Origin: Moniliella sp. 'wahieum'
Taxonomy: Eukaryota
Length of the DNA: 64,000 nt
Assembly (NCBI GenBank): GCA_003971905.1
Contig: RSEE01000037.1
Location: forward strand, 434,001-498,000
Reading direction: 5' to 3'
The notes under the pieces are model-generated. The model saw only the letters and a program-made list of their open reading frames with translations, had not been told where the DNA came from and did not search any database. Position 1 is the first letter of the stretch, and every line of letters begins with the position of its first letter. The position numbers and the translations under genes are program-made. Of the stretch, positions 38,742 through 54,478 are shown in pieces.

Positions 38742-40295
38742 ATGCACCAGCTGCTCCGCCGCGCCTCCCACGGCCCTAACAACACCTACTTGCAGGACGG
38801 CATCCCCCTGCCTCCATGCTCCTTTGGTGGCGACACCTACGTCAATATATCCTCCTTCATCGCCTCCCTCAACGCCTCCGACCCCACCACCAGCGCCTAC
38901 ATCGACCTTGCCAGCGCTGCCTATGCCTACCAAAGCACTGGCGGCGCTGCGTCTCCGTCAAGGGCCTGCCCGACGTGCGTCTGGCGGTCACCTACATCAT
39001 CCTCTACACCTCCCTCTGCACTGTCCTGTTTATGCTCCTCACCACCATCCTCCTCAAGGGCGGACTGGAAAGCGCCAAGCGCCACTCGCCCATCGTCTGG
39101 CTCCTCGCCGCCTCCATCCTGCTCGGCCTCGTCGCCTCCGTCTTTGACACAGTGTTCTGGACGGTCCAGATGGTCAATGCGCGCATCCCCGCCAGTGCCT
39201 ACGACGGGCTGTATGTGGTGGAAGACCTGATGCTCTTCCTTGTGCCTTGGGTCGTCGTCTGGGCGCTGATCATGCGTCTGGCCATGTTTTGGCCCTCGGC
39301 TCTGTTTGGTCGCCGAAAACAGTTCCTCGTCATCCTCCCGCGTCGGTATTGCAATTTGTCACGCTCGCATGCTATTCCGTCGTCCTGCGCATCGTCCACC
39401 GCGTCGACAACGAAGAGCGTGTCCAGCTTGCCTGGAGTCAAACTGCCACCTTTATCCTGGGACAGCGAGCCACGATAGAACGGCTGCGGTGGGACCATGC
39501 GCATTACGCCACCTCGGTCGCTGCCCTAGTCTATGTCAACCTGGGCCTGTCCCGCCAATGGCTCCGCCTCCGCTCGTCGCGTGGGAATGGGTTGTTGGCT
39601 CAAATACGAAGGTTGATTGGAATTGGACCCGATCCCGTGTTGCGTTTGGCGCCCTCGGTCGCCCACCACACACCCACCGCGCGGCTGGAGGATGCGCATC
39701 TGTTGCGCACGCTGCGTCCGCAGCGAAGGGTGGGGTTGTGGTGGACCTTGGTCCGCATCCTGCATTTCATCGCGTTTGGGTTCTGGTTGCCTACCGGCTT
39801 GACCGCAGCCAACTGGGCTGTGCTCGCAACGTCGAAACTCGAGGTGGCCACGTACCTATCGGTATCGCTCATGTACGTGTTCCCGGTGGCGGGCATTTTG
39901 GCTGTTTGGGTGCTACCTCGCGCTTTTTCGATCGGGAAAACCACTACTACCCTTCCCAGACCAACACCTTTACTCATACCGCCACCACCACCACGCTCCG
40001 CCGCCCCGATGCGGACTGGCGCTGGATCTGGACCCGCTTCCTCCTCGGACTCGGGGGCACCTGGCGAACCAGACCTTGCTACCCCTGCCCCGGGCGCCGA
40101 CGAACTCAGCCGCAAGACCTCATGTCCCTCAAGGACTTTTTAAACCAGGGCCCCCTTGTTCCCCCTCAGCTCGAACACCTTCCTCGGTCCCATTGTCCTT
40201 CTCACTTGCTACGCCGTTGTTGGGACCAGGGGACCGCCGGCCTTCGGGCCCCCTCGTCCAAGTTGGTCACCGACAGCAGTGCATCCGATACATGA
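38742..40295 (+). CDS. Orphan ~7-TM membrane protein (receptor-like); frameshifted
   Basis: Stitched frames give an N-terminus with N-glycosylation sequons (NNT, NIS, NAS), then hydrophobic helices (LAVTYIILYTSLCTVLFMLLTTILL; PIVWLLAASILLGLVASVFD; LMLFLVPWVVVWALIMRLAMFWP; FLVILPASVLQFVTLACYSVVL; YATSVAALVYVNLGL; LVRILHFIAFGFWLPTGLTAANWAVL; VATYLSVSLMYVFPVAGILAVWVL) and a Pro/Ser-rich tail. Confidence 0.7.
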
Positions 40296-41655
40296 GCACC
40301 ACAACCCGTTTTTCAATGCTTCGAAAAGGAACAACGTGTCGCGCTCAAGCAAGCGTAGAACGTCGGTTGGAAACACGGGAACACGGGATGGTCCACGTCC
40401 AGGGGGGGAGCGGGTGGAGGTCCACTTGGCATTCCCGCCTGTCTATCCCCGTTTCGCTCCCCCCCTGCCCACTTGGTCGCTGATCCTCCTAGGCCTTTGG
40501 CCTTTGGCGCCCTGGCTCTACACACCAAGAAATACCCCCTATGCGCCTGTGGCCTGTAGCCCTGCGACGCGGTTGCCCAGTCGTCCTCCCCCGATTTACG
40601 TCGTCCGCAGTCCAGCGGCTTAGTGGCTTAGTGGCTTCGGGGGATGGACCAGGCCGTTGTTCTCACTCGGGCACCTGTGGTGGGTCGCTTGCCTACCCCG
40701 TTTCGCCTCGCCGAGCCAGGCCGTATCTTTGGTGATCTTGCCCCACGTGAGACTGTTTTGTTCTACCCTCTCGTCTTGCTCCTCTAGCTTGTGTTGCCCC
40801 TGTCGCTCAGGTGGGGGGCGACGACGCGCCCAAGAGTAGATGGTCCGAGGGGCGGTGGCAGTGGCCTATTCGACTGTGGGTTGCCAGTCTACTGAGTCTT
40901 GCCCTGGAAAACGTGGCATGATCAAGGTTCAAGCTTCAAGGCTGGTTAGTCATGTACGTTGGGTACGATGGATGGGTTGGCAAGCGAGTCCCATGTTGTA
41001 CTGCAGCGTGTTGTTTCGTTTGTATCTTGCTGCCCATGCCCCTCGCTCTTCCCCTTTTTGTTGCCCCTATCCCTGCCCCTGGCCATACCTCCTCCCTGCG
41101 CCTTGTTTCCCAGGCTGTGGTCGTCCTTGGACCAGAGTCCTACCGACCCACCCCAGCCTACCCTAGGTCCTGGTCCTGGCCTTAGTTTTGGCTCGAGTCC
41201 TAGCCCTGTGGTTCCGGCCGTATTAATCTTGAGATTGGGCCTGCCTGAGCGGCTTGAAGCTTGAAGCTTGAGACCTGAGGCTTGGCGGGAGCATATTTAT
41301 AGCCTTGCCTCGCACGTGCCCTGCCCTTTGCTTGCCTTTGCTTGTCTAGTATGCATGTCACTAAGTCTCTAATCACTACACTCAATGTTAGGAGCTCGCT
41401 CCCGGCAGGTTTGCTTGCATGAAGTCGTCTGAGCTTCAGGCTCGAGGCTGGGCCGAAATTACTTCACAGTCTGGCTTCGTGGGGGCACGGCGGAAGGTAT
41501 AGGTAAAGGTGATTTTCAGTCAACCAAGGGGCGAGGCGATGGGGTGGCATATGCGACCTGGTCGCCGGCAGAGGTGGGAGACTTTTGTTCACATTGATGA
41601 ATTGCGACTGTTCCCGGCGACAAACCTGACTACTAAGTGTCTAATAAGCTGTCTA

Positions 41656-43012
<1,357 letters not shown>

Positions 43013-44663
43013 ACCGCTAGCCTCTCTGAATATTAGGCTTAGGTGGGAAGGAGAGCAAGTTGGGCTTTAACTGGTGCAAGTCCCACCTACAGCAGCACGG
43101 CTGTAGTCACTTGTCATGGGACTTCGGCAGTGGGGAAGCCGGGGTTGGGGTTTCTGTGCAAATCTACGGCTGCCGATGGCTTAGCACGTGTCAAACTATA
43201 CCAGGAGATCTATGTACGATGATGCACTTATGTCGATGATGCCGATGATGATCGATGACATGTGCTGGGAGCGAACAAAGGCGAATACGATGGAGTCGAA
43301 TGCTCGGATTGAAGATGCGCCCACTGTAAGGCAGTGTTGGTTTGATTTGCTGCCCCTAATATAGAAGCTGCGCGGCTGAAGCTTGAAGCTTTTTAATAGC
43401 TTGCGCAGCGCCTATTACTTAGCGTGTCTTGGCTTGCCTGTCTCGGTGACCCGGCAGCTCAGCCGCTCACCGTAAGAAGTACTTGATAATAGCCGTCGGA
43501 ATACATAGCCTGTGGGTGTTTGTATGTTCGGGGTTAAGTTGATCGGCCACTTCGGGCCACTGCTCATATAGTGGTCCGAGAAGAGTTGTTTGTGTTGCAC
43601 GTTGAGTGCACCACGCCCCCCCAACGTCCAACCACGGTCTCAGGAGCACCAGTGGAGCAGCACCCTTAGGTCTTTAACGGGAACTTGGTACCTAAGGCCT
43701 TACCGGCCTTAGGACCCCGAGGCCTCAGCTTCAGCGCCGCATCATCGATCATCGTTCTCAGTCGGACAGCAGCAAAACAGACTAATAAGTGGATTGGCTT
43801 GTTTTGAGATCTAAGACCTGTTGGCCGCTGGGCCTGGGGGCCTGAGGAAGGGCCCTGAGTCAATACTGAGGGTACTGAGCACGTTGACCCTCTGATCCGC
43901 ATCGATGAACGAACGGGACGAACGTTATGAACCCTTTCTCTCCTGTTGCTATTCGATTCCTGGGTACGACCGACCCAAGCTCGCCGGTTTACCTCCTGGT
44001 TACGCGCGGTTACCCGGTTGTGTTGAACCAACAGGCGACAGAGTAGGCTGATATCAGGCGTGAGCTACGTCACAGCGCCCGCAGGGGGCAGTGTGCCATC
44101 CTATCGCCCGAATCAAATTCACCTCGCGGCGCAGTGGCGGGATTGTGTGCCTGAGGCTGGCGTGACGCGTGAAGCTGGCAACTGGCAGCGGGAGGCCTGA
44201 TCGATGATATCGAACCTCGAAGCGCAGGCGCAGGCAATGCCCTGCCCAGCCGGCCTTGCCTTGTTGCCCCGCACCCGGCGAGCCACACCCACATGTTGCC
44301 TTACCACGGCCGACCCGACAGGGACCTGGCAAGTGCGATGGACGAGATGGGCAAAGAAAGGTACTAGGTTGGGCCAATCATTAATCAACCGCCCACACAG
44401 TTCCATTGCTATTGCACCATGTTCCACACCGATCTAAGTCACGCGGCTAGCTTAAGGCTTTTGGGGCCGCTGTGGTCCGACGTCTGCCAAAGGCCCAGCA
44501 TTCTGTCATGAAACGTCTGAACCGGACAGTTTATCCATCGTACCTCCCAGTTGAGTTCAACAGCTGAACACGGCCACGTGTCCTGGGTCCCATTAACGTT
44601 TAACGTCTAACATCTGCTGACGCACGGACCATTGATCCTTCGGAGGTGTGGGGCCCAGGTAAG

Positions 44664-44673
44664 TATATTTAAG
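44664..44673 (+). promoter_or_regulatory. Putative TATA-like element (TATATTTAAG) of GAPDH copy 2, mirrored at ~42961-42970 for copy 1
   Basis: Lies ~105 bp upstream of the ATG, ahead of a CT/CA-rich leader. Confidence 0.45.
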
Positions 44674-44771
44674 GGGGAACTCCGGGGCAAGGGCAAGAGA
44701 CGGTATCCCCAGAGCACATCTCTACTCCAACTACCTTCGTCTCGAACGAAACTACTACTACTACAACAACC

Positions 44772-45850
<1,079 letters not shown>

Positions 45851-46219
45851 TTCCTCTCTTTTTCTTATACGACTCGTAACGATCAATGCTATTGGCCGCA
45901 GGCCTTTGGTGCCATATCTGCGCTGATGATTGAAGCGATGGAGGTGTATAGTAGTAGCGAGCGCTGCCCACGGCACCTCGACAGACAGCAGCTGGGGACT
46001 ACCACAAGCAAGCAACCTTGGAGAAGTGGGAGCGTCGCGCCAGTGGGAGGTGGAGCTGGAAGGTGTGCACGTGATTTCGATTTCAGCTTCGTTTGCGCGT
46101 CGCGGCTGCCAACGCGGGAAAGCAGGCCAGCGGCCTTGGCGAGTGAGCCCAGCAACCACGCCCACCCCCTCCACCCCCTCCACCCCCTCCACCACCCTTG
46201 CCTCGCCCCGCCTGCTGGG

Positions 46220-48958
46220 ATGGATCTGCCGCCTGCTCGGCGCAAGCGTTCGGCCTTGGACAGCCCCCGCCGCCGCCTCCTCGCCACACGCGACGCCCAG
46301 GGCCACCGGCTCAGCTCCCTCGGCGCCAGCACCAGCCCGGCCTCTCAGTCCGCCTATGCTTCCCCCCTCCTCGGTAGCGGTAGCGGCGACGAAGATGAGG
46401 GCAGCACCCTCCTCATCGACCGCACAATCGACCGCAGCCTCAGTCATGCCCTTCGTCACGCCCGACGCCCTGCCAGCACGCCCGGTGTACACGACGACGA
46501 AATCAGCCTGTCGATCAACACGCTCAAGCGGGAGGCCTTGTCGCTTCAGCGCGGCCTCGAAGCTGCTCGGCGGAGGAGACGCCTCGCGCATCTTCCTTCT
46601 ACTCAGCTTTGATCGATCGCCTGGTGCCGCTCTTTCTAGCGGGGCGAACCCGGCCGGCACCTCTTCCCCCTCCTCGTTCCACACCACGGCCAAGCCCAGT
46701 AGGTTCCTGCCCGACTCGTCTGCATTCTTTACCCCCGCTCCTGCGCCCGTCACCGCAACGGCACAGGCGACCCAACGTCGTCCTACTGAAGAACTGTCGT
46801 TGGAGAAACCACGCGCATCGCCTTCCTCCAGCTCCTTCTTGCGCCCCTGTCTCGCACAGGCCATTCGCCCGCCTCGTCCAATTCCGAAGAAAAGGGCCGC
46901 GGACCCAACTCGAGCCGCCTTGGCGTACCTCTTTCAACGCTGCGTCGTCACGAAGACGGAGCTACCCCTTCGCAGCCAATCGAGACACGTCCCCATCTCA
47001 GATCCCCCGCCCGACGACACAAGTCGGACCATCGACACTACCGACACGTATGTCCCTCACTCGCCTTCTCGCCCTGGCCACCGACCTCACGATGCCAGTG
47101 TAGCGGCCCAAATTGCGCTCCCGCCTTCGCCCCAGGCTGCTGCGCAAGCTGCTTCTCCCACATGTGACTCGACGGGATCAGTAAGCGATGTATCGCTCCA
47201 TGCGGCAGACCAAGTGCCGTACAGCTCGTCTCCGTTGCATCATCGACCCAGCTTGACTAGAGCGTCCCGACGACCAGTTAGTCCGGTTGCCATCGCTAGC
47301 CCTGCGTTACCGCCTCCTGTGCCCTCTGCTTTCACCAATCGAGCTACGGGAGAACCACCACTGTCACCGCCACTGTCACCGCCACCGCCATCACCATCGC
47401 CATCACCATCAGCGGTGCCGTTGCCTTGCCCTTGCCGTCGGCAACGCCGCGTACGCCAGGTCCCAACAAGACCTCAGTTGGACGCGACGTGCGCGACCCG
47501 GACCTACGGCGACAGGTCGGACGGAAATCGGTTTCGCACAAGGCGGCTTGGCCCGGTGCTGGTGTGGGTCTTGGCCCGGCCAGCCAGGACGGAAGCGAGG
47601 GGGCGCTGGAAGAGGTACTGGCTATGGCGCAGGCGTTGGACCAAGCGCTTGTCTCGTGGTCGGAGGAGATGGGGCAGGGAGCCAGTGCCGCCGCCCCAGG
47701 CCGCCCAGGCGGGGGAGGCGAACGGTCACCTCCATTTTCCTCTGAACGAAAGGGGCGGGCAAGTGCGGGAAATGCGTGGTTGTTGGGCCATCTCATGTCG
47801 GCTGTGCGGGACGCGCAAGGTGTGGGTGGCCGAGAAGGATGGCATGTTGGACCAGTTGGAGGCGGAGGTAGGTCGTGGGGATACGTTGGCCCAGGCGCTG
47901 GCTCATGCTGAGATGGACACCGAGCGACGCCTGTTGGTGGCACGGGAGCAAGCGCGTAACGAAGCGCGGCTGAGTTTTGAGCCCATGTTGGATGCAGCAG
48001 GCCAGCAGGGGTTGGAGGAGTTGACACGCGCCCGGGACGAACGAGATGCGGCTCGCATGGCGATCGGTCGAGCGTTGGAGGTGGCCGAGCTGGCTGAGGG
48101 AGCGCGTGTGAGGATCAAGGATGAGATGCACCGTGCGCAGCAAGAGCGGGAGCAGGCACAGTTGGAGCGGGACGAGATGGCGAGCCAGTTGGCGTGTGCG
48201 CAACGCACCCAAGCTCGCGTGGACCAGGCCGAGGCGAGAGCGGAGCAGGCAGAGGAACGCGCTGCTCAGATGCAAGACGAGGTACGACGGCTCACGTCCG
48301 CAGCGGCCACGAGGGAGGAGACGTTGCGTGCGACCCAGACCGCTTTGGCTCGGACCCAAGCCGAGCTGGACGAGACCCAGCAGCGCCTGGACCAAGAACA
48401 GGCGCGGATCGAAGAGCTCTGTTCCGACTTGGCCTTAATCCAAACCAACTTAGACTCGGTCCAGGCGCGTGCTCGGCCTGGACTCGCGCCTGTGCCTAGG
48501 CCGATGGGCAGGTGCACCGCCCGTGGATCCGGGATGCCTTGGACGACAAGTTGGTCGCGGAGAATCAACAGTTACGAGCCGAACTGGAGGCGCAGCAGAC
48601 CGAATTGGACCAACTTCGCCGAACGGGGGGGTTGCGCTACGTGGTGGCTTCCACCTCGTCGCGCGGACCGACGACGATCCGGCGAAGCGATACCTCGCTC
48701 TCTGCCGTCGGGAGGAGACAGCCGACGCCCGCTGCTGCCCCTTATACACCGCTACCAACGTCCTCTTTATCTGCCTCCAAGCTGGCAGAGGCTGACAAGG
48801 CAGCGGGCAGTGGGCGTGCAACCAGGTCAGAGAACGAGCGCAGATACCCACGAATTTCGTCCAGGCCAGCGGCGAGCCGGGGGGTGATGCCGTCGCACGT
48901 GGAGCAAGACGAAGAAGACTTTTCGCATTCGCTTATGCCAGAGCAAGCCAGTTCATGA
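46220..48958 (+). CDS. Hypothetical protein with a disordered Ser/Pro-rich N-half and a long C-terminal coiled coil; frameshifted
   Basis: MDLPPARRKRSALDSPRRR start; E/Q/R/A heptad-rich stretch ~47830-48620 (DEMHRAQQEREQAQLERDEMASQL...AELDETQQRLDQEQARIEEL). Confidence 0.6.
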
Positions 48959-49029
48959 GAAGCATGTTGGCCTATGGGGATGGGTGTATTTTTTTTCTAC
49001 TTAGTGTGCGTGCTTATTGGATGCATTCG

Positions 49030-51146
49030 TCATACCCTCATGTCAAGTGCGGTGCCCACCGTGGCGAGGAGAAGGAGGAGGTAGAGGAGGATGGTGGTGG
49101 GGGGCGGTGGGGTCACAGGCAAGGCAGCCGCGTTGGCTAGGGAATTGGTGATGTACTCGCGAAGGTACGAGTCGACGCCAAGGGCGTTGCAGTAGGATGT
49201 GCCAAAGTCGTCGGTGGCTACATAGTTGCGCAGGCCGCCCCAGAGCTGGTCGTCGGACCCAGCGCCTTCGTCGGTCAAGTCGTGCTTGACATAGCCCACT
49301 TGGCGATCGGCATCGGCAAACGTGCCATAATCTTCTTGCGCCGTCACGCCCCAATTCGGACACACCCAATTCACCACCGGAGGGCAATTGATCGCGACCA
49401 AATGGCAAATGTCGAGGCAAGGCAACAACTCGCCAAATGGACCGGCAAAGCCAAACGAAGCATTGAGCCGGTTGGCGCCTTGGCGGACGACGGTGTAAGG
49501 GAACGCGCCCCCACTCCCAATGCCGGTCCAGTTGGTCTGGGGCCAGCCGGCGGGCGGCGACACAGCGCGGAATGGCCATCGCGCACAGCCAACGCCGATA
49601 GGCAACGATGCAGTCGGAACAGGTGGCAATGTACGAGTACCGACCTTGGTCCGTCCACAGGAAAACGTCGATACCGCTTTGGAGAAGTTGGCCAGCACAC
49701 CCGTCACGGTTCCTCAATGTGGCCCAAGGCCATGCCGAGGTCAAACTGCGGTCCGACCGCCGTGGCGTACGCCACGTCGGGGCAAAAATCCAGCCCACTG
49801 ACCAGCTGGCAGTTGGGGTTGTTTTTGGTCTTGAACTTGATCGCCGGTCCGTACTGCAGGTTGGCCTGTTGCGGCCAGTCCGGGTCGGTGGTGAGCCAGG
49901 CAGTGTAGTTGGTATCAGGCTCCAAGGGCTGGATGGTGAATTGCGTTCGTTGGGGACCGTAGCCGGTAGGGATGCTGCGCACACTGGTGTTCTTGGTCAC
50001 AATGTTTTTGCCGGCATCGGGCAGCGCGTCGTAAAGTCGAGAAAGGCGGTACGGATGGCACAGGCGGACGTTGTTAAGTACTTGCTCGGTGCATCAGAGG
50101 TGCGACTGAGCATGATGCCAGCGCTAGGCGCCGTACCGATCATGTGCTGCCGCGGCGCGGCAGAGAGCATGGCAGTGACCATATCCGTATCGTCGAGCTC
50201 GAGGGTGTACACGCTTTCCATTGGCGTGACGGGGGTTACATTGCCATAAAACAACGTCATAGGCGAGCGCACATAGGACGCGGTCACTTCAACTGTCATC
50301 GCGCCCGTTTGGCCCATCGTGTTCTTGGGCGGGTAGACACCAATGTACACCCCGCCCGACGCTGAGCCGGCCGACAAACGGTGGAAGGCAAACCCATTCA
50401 AGGCGGTGGTGGTGGTGGACTTGCTCTGTCCCGGGGAGGGCAGGGCATGGGCGAACTGGGGTCGGTGCTGACGACGAGGCGGAGAAAGGTGTCGGCGACA
50501 TTGCCGTCATCGGGATCGTCGAGATAAATCTCGGGGCCCGAGCAGGCTGAGAGGGTGACGAAGGCCTCCGGTACCTGCCCTGTTGAGCTTGGCGGAGCCA
50601 AGGCAAAGAACAAGGCGGTGTCGAGACTGTTCTGGGTCGTCGAGTCATGTCCATGTCCAGTCCGCCGACAAGCTGGATGGAGGTCTGGACAGGCACCGAG
50701 TCGTTCAGCGCGACGCTCTGGCCTGGCGACGGCGCAATCGACGGGATGGGCAACTGGAGCGGCAGCTGGTACAGCGACGTGGTCGTGGTCGTGCTCAAGC
50801 TGGAGCTGGAGCTCATGAGTGCGCTCGAGGAGCGCACGGACGATGCAGGGGTGGGGTGGGCCGCGACGGCGGGTGGCGACAGCGCCGGGTTGGCCAGAAC
50901 CGACTGGGCCGGGGCAGCGGCGTCGGCCGGGTTGGTGACAGCGGCGGCGGGGAGCGCGACGAGCAGCGCGAGCAGCGCGAGCAGCGCGCATGCCAAGAGG
51001 CGGCGTGGCGTCTGCGCGGCGCGTTGCGCATGCCCGCAGATGCGATGCCCAGGGAGCGCGCCAGGAGGGGAGGAGGCGGCAGGAGGCGGTCCGAGCGGGG
51101 CGGAGGCGGGCGGGCCTGCTGTGGTTACACCCGAGATCTCATCCAT
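49030..51146 (-). CDS. MID1: Mid1, subunit of the Cch1-Mid1 stretch-activated Ca2+ channel; frameshifted
   Basis: Signal-like LLACALLALLALLVALPAAA, then a Cys-rich C-domain: NCQLVSGLDFCPDVAYA, FSKAVSTFSCG, YSYIATCSDCIVAYRRWLCAMAIPRC, ELLPCLDICHLVAINCPPVVNWVCP and YCNALG. Confidence 0.9.
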
Positions 51147-51397
51147 CGTCTGAGCCGCCGCTGTCAAAATTTGGCCGGCGACGTGAGTTCACGTGTGACG
51201 TGGCGGGACCTATACAGCGCCCAGCCCCCACCATCGGCAACTAACATCACATCTCACATTGCACAGCGCCAGAACACCTCGCCTGCTAGGTAGGTGTGCA
51301 CATGTCGTCGTGACTGGCAGCCGTTGCCGCTAACTTCTACGGCGCACTCTCCTCGCTCCATCCCTGCCACCCCGCCGCCTCCCCTGCTCGTCCCACG

Positions 51398-52579
51398 CTA
51401 TTCGTCTCGCCCATGGGCACGGCACATCACATAACCACACACGGCGAAGGCTTGGCCTGCTCCTGCCGCACCACCGCATCCAGCAACGCCCTCATCTCCC
51501 CTGGCGACGTGGCCGCCTTGCCCTCGTCCCACCACACCAGCACCGGCCCACCGACTTGACCACCGACGCTGGGCTCGGACCCGACCGGGGACGGTGGGGC
51601 CGCCCCATCGAGGCACGCAGCCACTTCGTCCGCGGCCTGCGACAGGACGTGGTGCGGACTGCTACTGTCCTCACTCGTCTTGCTGGACTTGCTAGTCTTG
51701 TTGGACTTGCTGGCCTTGCTGGTCTTGCTGGGCCCCGGCGCGGACGGGACGAGAGACTCAACAGGTGTGTCGGACCCCAGGAGACTTTCCTGCTTTCTCC
51801 GTTCGGCAGCGTTGTTGCGTTCCTCAACGCCCGAAGGGCCGCTCGATGCGCGCTTTGGTTTTGGCTCGCTGGACGGCCGCGTCGGAGGCGCGCCGTACGT
51901 GGTGGCCTCTGCCGCGGGGCGCACCATCGGGTTTGGTCTCGGGGGGCGACGTAGGCGGGGCAGACGAGGCAGACGAGGTAGCGACGTCAGGAGAGAGCGA
52001 ACGATCGTCCTGCGGAAGGTAGGATAAGATGGTGGCGAGCTGGGTGGAGGTGAGGGGCACGACGTCGGTCTTGCACATCGAGGTGAACCCACCGGAGCCC
52101 TGGGAGGACAAGTGGGAGAGCAGCGACGCAGGGCTTTCTCCTTCGATGGTAGGTAGGGGTCGGGCAGCGCGTTGGGCCGTGGCCAGACGGGCCTCTTCTT
52201 CTTCCGCGCTTGGGCCGCTTGCTCGTCCGCTGACAGCGTTGGGTCCGGAGCAGGCGCAGCGGGCACGTGCGTGACCGGCGCGTACCATGCTTGGCGCGTG
52301 CGTCGGGCGGATCGTCCGGCAAGGCCGGCATGAGCGGGACACCCGGGGTGAAGGTGATGTTGGCAGGGCGAGCAGAACGGACGAGACGCAGGATGGACTT
52401 GCCCGCTGCCGACGAAGGGTCACAGCTGGAGAGGAGGAGGATGGGGGAGGGAGCCAGCCAGTCAGTACTCGGGCACACGTTCTTCGCAGCCCCCGCGGCG
52501 AGCGCAAGACGGGCCAGGTGGCAATGGACGCAACGCACAAGAGTGTGATTTGGGGTGCGCCGCGCGATACCCAGGCCAT
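51398..52579 (-). CDS. Hypothetical protein (frameshifted)
   Basis: ATG in a CCACCATGG context and overlapping protein-like ORFs (51824..52672, 51427..52266, 51398..51616). No family recognised. Confidence 0.4.
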
Positions 52580-53260
52580 GGTGGAGGTGCGGGGCGACGG
52601 TGGCGGATGGCAGGGATGGAGGCGGCAAAGGCAAATGGCAAATGGAATGGCAAATGGAATGGCAAATGGCATCGAGCAAGCGGCGGAGCAACAGGCCAGC
52701 TACGCAATTGAAATGTTCCATCTCTCCGTCTCGCCGCCTTCTGCCTTCTTCCTTCACCTGAGGCTCACAACTTCAGGTACAGTCCACGGGTGGCCATAGC
52801 ACCGCCCCCACACCCAGCCAAGCGTCCAGCTCCCAGCGTGGGAGGGTAGGGAGAAATCCAGGTGGCTGGAAGCGCCCAAATGATGTGTGAAGAACCCATG
52901 GCAAAACCCACGCCGTCGTCTATTAGTAGGCGTAGGAGTGCGCCATGATATCGGAGAGGAAACACAAAGAGGGTAGTATTAATACCTGGGGAAGAAACGC
53001 AGAGGTAGCGTATACTTGGGGAACACACAGAGGTAGCATGTACCTGACGAGGGAAAAAGGGACAACAAAAAACCAAAGTGCCACACTACTCAAACCACTG
53101 CAACCAAGCAACCAACCAAGTGCCACACACAAACAACCTGCGGCCAATGCAGGCCAGAAGCAAGAAGCAAAAGCACACCCAGTGCATGCAGTGCGTCCGT
53201 AACCAAAACCGGCTCTATCGCGCGACCGTGGCGTGGGGCCGATCCACGCATCTCTCTCCA

Positions 53261-54416
53261 TTATGCAGAACAGGACAGCACCGCACCGCCACCGCCACGC
53301 CGCTGCCTGCCTATTGTGGGTACCGGTTTAAGCCTGTTCTTGAGAAGGCGCAGTGCGACGACGCGAGGAGAGCGGGGTGAAGCTGGTCGACGCAAGCTAT
53401 GTACATCGGCAGTTCGCCCCCACCCCCCGCCACAACAACCACATCCACACCGATAAGTACAAACCACCACATAACACCCCGCCGCGGCCACAACGTTGTT
53501 TCCGTTAGAATGAGGAGCGGATCAAGAAGCGAAGAGCTACGGATGGACAATGGCAACTGGGACGTACCATCTTCGTCGGTGGTAGGTGGGTAGCCTAGAC
53601 GGTTGAGCGTTTACGGCGTTTGGCCGAAGCGCGGGGCGAGCCACCGAGTCCGGGCGAAGGTGCACGGAGCGGCTCATGTTCATGCTCGCCCCCCACTCGG
53701 ATCCGGCTCGATCGGCTCGGGAAGAGGACGAGGGGAGGGGAGCATCGGGAGCTGGATTCGGGTGCGGGGGGTGAGTGGCGTGAGTGGCGTGAGTGGGGTC
53801 GGACAAAAGTCCCGTCTGCGAAGGCGAATGGGAAAGCGGAGTCAAGAGGTTGACCTTCCTCGTTATCGTGATGGGCAGTGTGATGCTCCCACGGCCCGCG
53901 TCGTCACTTGCGACCGTAAGCGCGGGCAAGTGGTTGCAGGGGGGAAGTAGTTTGGGTAGGAGAAGGTCATCGCGTTCACAGGCTCTAGGGTGGAGTAGGA
54001 AAGAGATGGGATCTGACCCGCCTCGTTCGATGGTGCGAGGGTAGAGGTAAAGGCAAAGTAAAGGTAAAGGCGAAGAAGAAGAGCCCGATACTTCCTTGAT
54101 CCGGGCCGAGAATCGCTTTGAACACCTCGACTTGGCTCGCGGGCAGGACGGAGAGGCCAGTAGTGGGTGTGCACCCTGTTCCGCCCGTGAGGGGGAGCAG
54201 AGCTTGAGCCCGGCCGCGAGCAAGAGAAAGAAGCATCTCCACTTGCCATTCTTTCTCGCGCGTGGCACGCTTCACCGTTTCCAGCTGGGCATGGAGCGCA
54301 CGGAACACTATAGGATGGTAGAATGGGGTTAGTACGTCTAGGTAAGGGAGAGACGCGTTGTCATGGAAAGAAAAACAAAAAAACGTACGGTCCTCGCTGG
54401 CGGTTTGCTCCACCAT
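53261..54416 (-). CDS. Hypothetical spliced protein with an N-terminal helical/coiled-coil segment; intron 54308-54388; 3' end uncertain
   Basis: A canonical intron (GTACGT..TACTAAC..TAG) joins MVEQTASED-LFRALHAQLETVKRATREKEWQVEMLL. Confidence 0.45.
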
Positions 54417-54478
54417 CAAGCTATATATAAACCCACATCGTTAGCTACCTACGCATCCAGTCCTACCACATACTTGTT

